From an uncultured virus (IMG/VR IMGVR_UViG_3300044637_000715) (Duplodnaviria > Heunggongvirae > Uroviricota > Caudoviricetes), in IMG/VR virus record IMGVR_UViG_3300044637_000715: a stretch of DNA of 64,000 nucleotides. One strand, written 5' to 3'. The notes under the pieces are model-generated. The model saw nothing but the letters and a program-made list of their open reading frames with translations. It ran no database searches and had not been told where the DNA came from. The position numbers and the translations under genes are program-made. Of this stretch, positions 15,795-22,336 are shown in pieces. The first letter of the stretch is position 1. Each line of letters opens with the position of its first letter.

Positions 15795-15865
15795 TACCCA
15801 TCAGGGATGCTGATAGGTAGAACAATCCCACACCCCTTGACAAACCCCCCAATCCGTGCTATGAT
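15795..15865 (+). promoter_or_regulatory. consensus sigma70 promoter with a different upstream palindrome
   Basis: tacccatcag-ggatg-ctgataggta 15795-15819; TTGACA 15837-15842, 17 nt, TGC-TATGAT 15860-15865. Confidence 0.85.
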
Positions 15866-15887
15866 GAACGAAGTTCAGACTCAAGAG

Positions 15888-16061
15888 ATGACCACCGAGC
15901 AACGAATGGAGAAGCAATTCTTTATGCACTTCATTTCTCTTATCAATGAAGTGCAAGGTAAATCCAAATTGCCTTCACAGATTCATTCGAATCGTAAATC
16001 CTCTTGGATGAAACAAGTCACAAATCCCAAACAAAAAACTGATGCTCTCTCCCGAGTTTGA
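15888..16061 (+). CDS. hypothetical protein (MTTEQRMEKQF...)
   Basis: Start moved downstream of the promoter. Confidence 0.65.
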   Translation: MTTEQRMEKQFFMHFISLINEVQGKSKLPSQIHSNRKSSWMKQVTNPKQKTDALSRV

Positions 16062-16282
16062 TTCTGAATACAATGACTGACGAACAACTAAATCAACAGA
16101 TGGATATTACATTTCATCAAGTTGAACAAAGGTTTCATAAACTTCTCAACAAAAAGAACAAAAAGAATCGACTCAATGCACGTTCAATCTTTATGGAGTG
16201 GGGAGAAGTTTTTACTCATGAAGATTATGATGAACCAGTAGAGATTCTCTGGGTGCCTGACTTTTATCAATTCATTAACTGA
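16058..16282 (+). CDS. hypothetical protein
   Basis: ORF track; real start may be ATG 16073. Confidence 0.65.
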   Translation: MILNTMTDEQLNQQMDITFHQVEQRFHKLLNKKNKKNRLNARSIFMEWGEVFTHEDYDEPVEILWVPDFYQFIN

Positions 16283-16286
16283 CCTA

Positions 16287-16415
16287 ATGATTATCCGTTT
16301 TACCTACGACATTCATACACAACAACCTGTGTATGCTATTTGTACTTCCAATGGTGATTGCAAGTATCTCACTACTTCTATCACTGATGCTATTAAACTC
16401 TCGCAACAATTCTGA
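16287..16415 (+). CDS. hypothetical protein (42 aa, MIIRFTYDIH...)
   Basis: Read manually; TGATG coupling. Confidence 0.55.
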   Translation: MIIRFTYDIHTQQPVYAICTSNGDCKYLTTSITDAIKLSQQF

Positions 16416-16618
16416 TGCTTATTCTTCATAAAGAAAATCACGGTTGTGTTTATACGTTAGGTGAAGAGTATGAACTATTCTATGCTCCTATCTACAATGA
16501 TAATACAATCAATCTGAATGAGTTTCATCCAGTAGATTTAGCAGAGTATGATGATGTAAATGAGATTGAAGATATTCAATCACAACTGATAAGTGCTTCA
16601 CCTTATGTGCAAGTTTGA
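16415..16618 (+). CDS. hypothetical protein
   Basis: ORF track. Confidence 0.65.
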   Translation: MLILHKENHGCVYTLGEEYELFYAPIYNDNTINLNEFHPVDLAEYDDVNEIEDIQSQLISASPYVQV

Positions 16619-16844
16619 GACTATTTCTCTCTTTTCTCACACACTTATTCTTATGCTCATAAGCATGAATTATCAATTAGAACACAATTACGTTACATTT
16701 CATAATTAAATTAAATGTATTAAAAAACATAGTTGAGTGTTTTGTTGTGTTATGATGATAGTGTTATATTATGTGATGTAAATGCCTCTAGTTCTTGTTC
16801 TTATGCTTCTCTAAACCCCTCTAGTTCTTGTTGTCTAAGCCCGC

Positions 16845-16903
16845 ACTATACCATAAGAACCAAAAAAAGTCAAGCACCTTATAGACACTCCTAGGGGTGG
16901 CAC
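16845..16903 (-). promoter_or_regulatory. palindrome-promoter cassette 14, reverse orientation
   Basis: Minus strand: gtgccacccctaggagtgtcta (16903-16882); TTGACT-17-TATAGT with TG extension (offset 53). Confidence 0.75.
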
Positions 16904-16993
16904 AAGACATATAGACAATGAAACTCCTGAGACTCACACATCTTATGAGTCTTGGGAGTATTTTGCTAGTTACTCGTAAGACTCATAGGTCTC

Positions 16994-17051
16994 AAACCAC
17001 TGCAGTAACTGGCACATCGTATCGTGAGTCTCACTGATTCTGCGATAGACT
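16994..17051 (+). promoter_or_regulatory. palindrome-promoter cassette 15 (degenerate)
   Basis: aaaccactgcagtaactggcac 16994-17015; TAGACT 17046-17051 (offset 52). Confidence 0.55.
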
Positions 17052-17147
17052 TATAGGGTCGGGAGGGGAGGGAATATTATAAACTCCCATAACTGATAAG
17101 AAATACGCAGAACCCAGTGATTGCAATACTTTTTCGGGGCATTATAG

Positions 17148-17203
17148 TTTTGTCCCGTTATACCTACTAAAATGCCTAAATATTAAGGTATAACGGGACA
17201 AAA
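17148..17203. repeat. perfect 18-bp inverted repeat with late promoter in the loop
   Basis: ttttgtcccgttatacct / aggtataacgggacaaaa; CTAAATA in loop; 5 nt before ATG 17209. Confidence 0.9.
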
Positions 17204-17208
17204 TACGT

Positions 17209-17616
17209 ATGAACTATTTTAGACAGATTTTACTTGAAAAACTGGGAGGAAAATGTATCAAATGTGGTGCTACTGATAAATTAGAATTTGACCATATAGA
17301 TCCTTCTATAAAATCATTCAACATATCTTCTGGTTATCATAAACCAAAAGAAGAAATGGAAAATGAATTATCAAAATGTCAGTTATTATGCAATAAATGC
17401 CATTGCGAAAAGACTAAAAAGAATAAAGAGTTTCGACCTAAAATTATTGCAGGAGGAAGACCCCAAAAGTATAAGAATCTAGGTCCAACTGAAAGAATGA
17501 GAGTGCCCTTATACAAACAGATTGCAATCTTATGTGATTTGTTAGACAGAAAAGCAGAAGAAGGTTATGATGCCGTTGAGTTATTAGATTCATTTATTGA
17601 GAGTATTAACAATTAG
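17209..17616 (+). CDS. HNH endonuclease with C-terminal putative DNA-binding (RHH-like) domain
   Basis: LGGKCIKCG...LEFDHIDP...ELSKCQLLCNKCH; then GGRPQKYKNLGPTERMRVP. Confidence 0.85.
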   Translation: MNYFRQILLEKLGGKCIKCGATDKLEFDHIDPSIKSFNISSGYHKPKEEMENELSKCQLLCNKCHCEKTKKNKEFRPKIIAGGRPQKYKNLGPTERMRVPLYKQIAILCDLLDRKAEEGYDAVELLDSFIESINN

Positions 17617-17628
17617 TCGGAACGTGCT

Positions 17629-17669
17629 TGTGGAAAACCTGTGGAAAGTTCGTTATATCCTGTGGAAAA
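17629..17669 (-). repeat. three DnaA-box-like 9-mers (TTTTCCACA on minus strand)
   Basis: tgtggaaaa 17629-17637, tgtggaaag 17640-17648, tgtggaaaa 17661-17669. Confidence 0.7.
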
Positions 17670-17801
17670 CAGTTCGTGATTCATAGCACTTCGTCATAAG
17701 ACTTCGTTATACATAACAGTTCGTTATAGCACTTCGTTGTACTCACAGTATAAGTATATGCTCGTCTTATAGTGTAACAATACAACAGTAGTGTTATAAG
17801 A

Positions 17802-18014
17802 CACCCCCCATACAGTTTGCAATTCTTTCAGTCCTGTGCTATACTATTCGTTGTATACAGTTCTGTGTACTTACTTGTAGTCTCACTGTCTTATACTTTA
17901 GAAGCACTTCGTCATTTATACCACCCCCCATACAGTTTCGTATTTGAATCTGACAGTGTTGTATAATGACTTATAACGTGCTCTTTCGTTATAACAACAC
18001 CCCCCATATAGTTT
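17802..18014 (+). repeat. three 17-bp direct repeats CACCCCCCATA(C/T)AGTTT
   Basis: Copies at 17802-17818, 17922-17938 and 17998-18014. Confidence 0.9.
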
Positions 18015-18255
18015 GTTATTAGAATAAGACAGTAATGATTATAAAGTATTCGTGATTCTTCGTGTATTATAATTAAACAGCACTGTTTGACAGTTATATT
18101 TTGTGTTGTTGTATTCTTATATCTAACCGTTGCCCCCGTATATAATTTTAATGGGTCCTTCAAGGCTACACCGAACCGAAAACGAGAGAGTAATTGTCTT
18201 TCAAATAAAAAAATTTTTCCAAAAAATTTTTCCAAAAAAGTTAAAACATAAAATT

Positions 18256-19158
18256 ATGAATTACCCAGAAGGAACTATTAAGACAAACACCCAAGGAAAC
18301 AAATACATCAGAAAAGATGGAAAATGGGTATATATGAAAAAACCAAAAGAAGAAAGGAAAATATCAAAGGAAAATCCTAAAAGAGTTGTTTATAATTATC
18401 CCCCCATAAGATTGTCCGAAAATATGAGAGAAACTCAATATCCTGGGTATTATATCACTGAGGACGGGAGAGCATATCGCAAACCTGGAAAATATGATAG
18501 GAATGGAAAATACGGAGAAATTAATGAAAATGGGTTAATATATCTAAAACCTGCGTTCAGGGGACACTCAAAATATCCAGAACATCAATATGAATGCATA
18601 AACATCTCAATGTATGATGAAACTGGAAAGTATAAACAAATTAAAAAATCAATTCATCAATTAGTTGCGGAAGCATTTATTCCTAATCCTGAAAGACATA
18701 GTGAGATATTACACATGGATGGAAATAATAGGAATAATCATTATACAAATTTAAAATGGGGAACACATAAAGAAAACATGGAGATGGTTGGTTTACCAGA
18801 AGGGAGTATTAGGAGAGCAAAAGGAAAGTCTAGTGATTATATCAAAAAAGATGGTGAGTGGATTTTAATTCCAAAAAATACACCTCCATGGAATAGGGGA
18901 TTGAAAGGAGTATCATGGAATACATTACCTGATGGAACTGTTACAACAAGAAAAGTAAATGGAAAACCTGGAACTTTCATAAAACAAAATGGTAAATGGG
19001 TTTATCAGACAAACAATCCTAAGTTCAGAGGAAAGAGTTTTAAAGAAAATAAACCAAAAAGAAAACCACTACCCGATGGAACTATTAGAACTCGTGCTGA
19101 TGGTACTACATGGGTAAAGGAAAATGGTAAATGGGTTTATCAAAAAACAAAAAAATGA
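18256..19158 (+). CDS. HNH homing endonuclease (NUMOD4/HNH type) with four repeated beta-rich modules
   Basis: YPGYYITEDG; IHQLVAEAFIPNP...ILHMDGNNRNNHYTNLKWGTHKEN; start moved to ATG 18256. Confidence 0.88.
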   Translation: MNYPEGTIKTNTQGNKYIRKDGKWVYMKKPKEERKISKENPKRVVYNYPPIRLSENMRETQYPGYYITEDGRAYRKPGKYDRNGKYGEINENGLIYLKPAFRGHSKYPEHQYECINISMYDETGKYKQIKKSIHQLVAEAFIPNPERHSEILHMDGNNRNNHYTNLKWGTHKENMEMVGLPEGSIRRAKGKSSDYIKKDGEWILIPKNTPPWNRGLKGVSWNTLPDGTVTTRKVNGKPGTFIKQNGKWVYQTNNPKFRGKSFKENKPKRKPLPDGTIRTRADGTTWVKENGKWVYQKTKK

Positions 19159-19340
19159 TATATAATAAAAAACAAAATGAGAGAATAATGAGAATTACTT
19201 TTGATGATTACGAAAAAGACTTGTTGATTGATACGATACAGCATCGTTTAGATACTGATAAGATATTGGTCATCAATCATAGTTTAAGAGAAGAAGTCGA
19301 AGATTTACTCCGAAAGATAGAAGAGGATGAATACGTATAA
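19155..19340 (+). CDS. hypothetical protein
   Basis: ORF track; start uncertain (19155 or 19188). Confidence 0.6.
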   Translation: MIYNKKQNERIMRITFDDYEKDLLIDTIQHRLDTDKILVINHSLREEVEDLLRKIEEDEYV

Positions 19341-19497
19341 TATTTCAGTAAAAGGCAATGAAATATTAAGTCAAGTGCCGCAGAGTGATTTACAGGAGAA
19401 TCTGAAACTTGTCAGAGGAATTGTATGGACTTCTGGGGGAAATGACAAGGATATTCAAGTATCTCTAAATAAGAACGAAGACCATTGCAATGAATGA
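19327..19497 (+). CDS. hypothetical protein (56 aa, MNTYNISVKG...)
   Basis: Read manually; overlaps upstream stop. Confidence 0.6.
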   Translation: MNTYNISVKGNEILSQVPQSDLQENLKLVRGIVWTSGGNDKDIQVSLNKNEDHCNE

Positions 19498-19513
19498 GTT
19501 GTCGTGGTAAAAT
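19485..19513 (+). promoter_or_regulatory. sigma70-like promoter
   Basis: TTGCAA-17-TAAAAT with TG extension. Confidence 0.65.
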
Positions 19514-19538
19514 AATGTAGTATCGAAAAAATTATTTT

Positions 19539-20288
19539 ATGGCTAAAGGATTTACAGTAAAAGCAAAACTTCCCACAGGACCTGTGGAGGGAGAGTTTGA
19601 TTTAGAAGCAGCAAAGGAGATGATTCGTGGGAAGTCAATTGTTTTTTGTCTTCCTGGACGAGGAGTATCTTACATTTATCTGAAGAACTTCGTACAACTT
19701 TGTTTTGATTTGGTACAAAGTGGTGCGAGTATTCAGATTAGTCAAGATTATTCGAGTATGGTAAACTTTGCACGATGCAAGGTACTTGGTGCAAACGTTC
19801 TCAGAGGTCCCAAGCAGATTCCTTGGGATGGTAAACTGCAATATGATTATCAACTCTGGATTGACAGTGATATTGTCTTTGACACTGAGAAGTTCTATCG
19901 TCTTGTTGCAATGGATAAGGATATTGCTGCTGGATGGTATTGCACTGAGGATGGTCACACCACATCTGTTGCACATTGGTTAGAAGAAGATGATTTCCGT
20001 AAGTCTGGTGGTGTAATGAATCACGAGACACTGGATACAATTCAGAAACGTCGTAAACCATTTACAGTTGATTATACTGGATTTGGATGGGTGCTGATTA
20101 AGAAGGGAGTATTTGAAAGTCTTGAGTATCCTTGGTTTGCACCGAAGATGCAGGTCTTTGAATCTGGAGAAGTTCAAGATATGTGTGGAGAGGATGTTTC
20201 ATTCTGTCTGGATGCGAAAGAGCAAGGATATGAGATTTGGTGTGACCCTTTGATTCGAGTTGGTCACGAAAAGACACGAATCATCTGA
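19539..20288 (+). CDS. conserved cyanomyophage glycosyltransferase-like (GT-A) protein
   Basis: NFARC, LWIDSD (DxD), TGFGWVLI, GEDVSFC, VGHEK. Confidence 0.85.
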   Translation: MAKGFTVKAKLPTGPVEGEFDLEAAKEMIRGKSIVFCLPGRGVSYIYLKNFVQLCFDLVQSGASIQISQDYSSMVNFARCKVLGANVLRGPKQIPWDGKLQYDYQLWIDSDIVFDTEKFYRLVAMDKDIAAGWYCTEDGHTTSVAHWLEEDDFRKSGGVMNHETLDTIQKRRKPFTVDYTGFGWVLIKKGVFESLEYPWFAPKMQVFESGEVQDMCGEDVSFCLDAKEQGYEIWCDPLIRVGHEKTRII

Positions 20289-20437
20289 TAAGTGTCTAGA
20301 AGGTATTTCTTGACCTTCTTTGAAACGTTATGATAGAATGTCTCTATAAGGTTTGTATCGTCTTATAGAGGCATTTTTATTGGCTTGAGAGACTTTATAA
20401 AAACCCCCTTATAAAAACCGTTAGATGGAGAACTAAA

Positions 20438-20578
20438 ATGGCACAAAAGAGTCGGAAGGATATGAAGATTGAGAGTATTCCGAAGAATACTCGACAAGGT
20501 GAAGGTAGAAATACTAAATATGCTGCTACGAGTCGCAATGGGGCACGTAAGAAGTACCGAGGTCAAGGCAAAGCATGA
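20438..20578 (+). CDS. small basic conserved protein (46 aa, ...ARKKYRGQGKA)
   Basis: Read manually; GGAG RBS; coupled to next gene; TTGACC-18-TAGAAT at 20310-20339. Confidence 0.8.
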   Translation: MAQKSRKDMKIESIPKNTRQGEGRNTKYAATSRNGARKKYRGQGKA

Positions 20579-21231
20579 GTCAATTGATTGTAAATTTGCC
20601 CGCACAAAAAGTGTGGATTCGCAAAGAATATCTTCGTGATTTTCAAGATGGATATGGAGAATTTGTAGAGGGTGTTTGGATTTCGGCAAAGTCGATACCT
20701 GGACGCTCTTTTTATTTCGAAACATATTTGCCAGAATATGGTGCATTATATGATAAATTGCCAATTTCTGCATTTGTCTCGTCTCCAAAAAATCCAGAAC
20801 TAGATTTAGACCTTCCCAACTTACAATTTTGGGACTGTATGAGTTACGGAGTTGTGTGCGTTCAGAAAAAACATATCGGTGAATTAGATTTTGAAGTTCG
20901 TACAAGAGATTTTGGTCAACTTAAAGGTCAATACTTGTTCAGTTTAGATAATTACCACCCATATAATGATAAAATTGATTGTGGCACTAGCGAAATGCCA
21001 GAAGAGCATAAGTCTCATAACTGTATTATGTTAGAAAATGGGCAATTTGTGCTATATCCAAATAATAGAATGAGACTTTATAGTCCATCTAGAACACCAG
21101 AAACTCCAAAAACACCAGATTTTAAAATTTCAACAAAAATTTATAGTACAGAAGTTGGATTAAAGTGGTCAAGATTGGGAGATACTGACGAATATTTTTG
21201 GGAAACTCCTCAAGAAAAACAAAATAAATAG
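20575..21231 (+). CDS. conserved cyanophage hypothetical protein
   Basis: ORF track; GALYDKLPISAF, LQFWDC, EHKSHN, YPNNR. Confidence 0.85.
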   Translation: MSQLIVNLPAQKVWIRKEYLRDFQDGYGEFVEGVWISAKSIPGRSFYFETYLPEYGALYDKLPISAFVSSPKNPELDLDLPNLQFWDCMSYGVVCVQKKHIGELDFEVRTRDFGQLKGQYLFSLDNYHPYNDKIDCGTSEMPEEHKSHNCIMLENGQFVLYPNNRMRLYSPSRTPETPKTPDFKISTKIYSTEVGLKWSRLGDTDEYFWETPQEKQNK

Positions 21232-21266
21232 ATTTTTTGCTCGATATTGAATTGGAACAGCACTCA

Positions 21267-21593
21267 ATGGGAAAACACCTACTTTTAGAGGTGTATAATG
21301 TTAATTTTAACCTTTTAAATGATGTAATATCTCTTCAAGAAACAATGGAAAGAGGTATTGAACGTGCAAAAATGACAATTTTAAACATTTTTTCTCATTG
21401 CTTTCTTCCTCAAGGATGTACAATTGTAATTGCACTTGCAGAAAGTCACGTTTCTTGTCATACTTGGCCAGAAAATGGGTGCATTGCGATTGATGTTTAT
21501 ACCTGTGGTGATGGAAATCCTAAAATTATTGCAATTGAACTTTTAAAGTACTTAAATTCAGAAAAATATAACCTTAAATTCATTGATCGTTAA
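21267..21593 (+). CDS. speD: S-adenosylmethionine decarboxylase proenzyme (auxiliary metabolic gene)
   Basis: GKHLLLE...FLPQG...LAESHVSCHTWPE..IDVYTCG; start may be TTG 21237. Confidence 0.92.
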   Translation: MGKHLLLEVYNVNFNLLNDVISLQETMERGIERAKMTILNIFSHCFLPQGCTIVIALAESHVSCHTWPENGCIAIDVYTCGDGNPKIIAIELLKYLNSEKYNLKFIDR

Positions 21594-21659
21594 ATACTTA
21601 AAGGAGATAGCAACCTCCTTAAAAGTTCTGTTTTTAAATTTAAAAACAGAGGAGCTAAA

Positions 21660-21899
21660 ATGTCATTTTACCAAGTTGATCGAGATAAAAATTATATGAG
21701 AGAAATGTGGGGAACTGCAAGACTCATCACTGATATTGATACAGAAAAACCAAAGAGAGTAATTCAAGAGATTATGCACGATAATGCTCCAAAGCATAAT
21801 CTAAAAAAACAAACTGAATTGCATGAAAAAATCAGAAATGATGAAGATTATGATGATTGGGACTATGGAACTGAACCAACATACGGAAAAATGATTTAA
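21660..21899 (+). CDS. conserved cyanophage hypothetical protein
   Basis: ORF track; AGAGGAG RBS. Confidence 0.75.
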   Translation: MSFYQVDRDKNYMREMWGTARLITDIDTEKPKRVIQEIMHDNAPKHNLKKQTELHEKIRNDEDYDDWDYGTEPTYGKMI

Positions 21900-21937
21900 A
21901 AAGTATTATAGATATATTAAATATACTCATTGTTTAA

Positions 21938-22336
21938 ATGCTTAGTATTTCTAGAAGTTTTAAGGACATTAGTTTGTCTTTTTCTAGACATCCAGTGACA
22001 AATGACATTCTTATATTAAGAAATGAGGATGCAATTAAAAAATCTGTTATTAACTTAGTCAGAACTCGTATTGGTGAGAGGTTCTTCAATAATTTATTGG
22101 GAACCTCTGTTGATAATTCTTTATTTGAACTAAATGGACCAGAAGTTTCGACAATACTTGATGAAGAAATTAAAACAGTATTAAGTAACTTTGAACCAAG
22201 AATTGTAGTAAGAGATGTAATTGTCGAATCCATAGAAGATTCAAATGAATTAAATGTAAAAATTTCTTATGATATTGTTGGACTTCCATTTCCTCCTCAA
22301 AATATAGAGTTTCTTTTACAACCAACTAGAATATAA
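21938..22336 (+). CDS. gp25: baseplate wedge subunit gp25
   Basis: FKDISLSF..HPVTND...AIKKSVINLV.T..GERFF...FEPRI. Confidence 0.93.
   Translation: MLSISRSFKDISLSFSRHPVTNDILILRNEDAIKKSVINLVRTRIGERFFNNLLGTSVDNSLFELNGPEVSTILDEEIKTVLSNFEPRIVVRDVIVESIEDSNELNVKISYDIVGLPFPPQNIEFLLQPTRI

Larger units (their letters stand above)
16620..18250. other. large non-coding control region, putative replication origin (interrupted by one HNH gene)
   Basis: No convincing ORFs except 17209-17616; divergent promoters, DnaA-like boxes, direct repeats, A-tracts. Confidence 0.6.

Noticed and set aside
470..17051. Recurrent palindromic repeats as a CRISPR array
   Set aside because: Copies are degenerate, mostly 0.5-2 kb apart and separated by whole genes; no cas genes in the window
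17912..18255. ORF 17912-18235 (-) and the TTG extension 18130-18255 of the HNH gene
   Set aside because: They run through repeats and A-tracts of the non-coding region; ATG 18256 begins the first protein repeat
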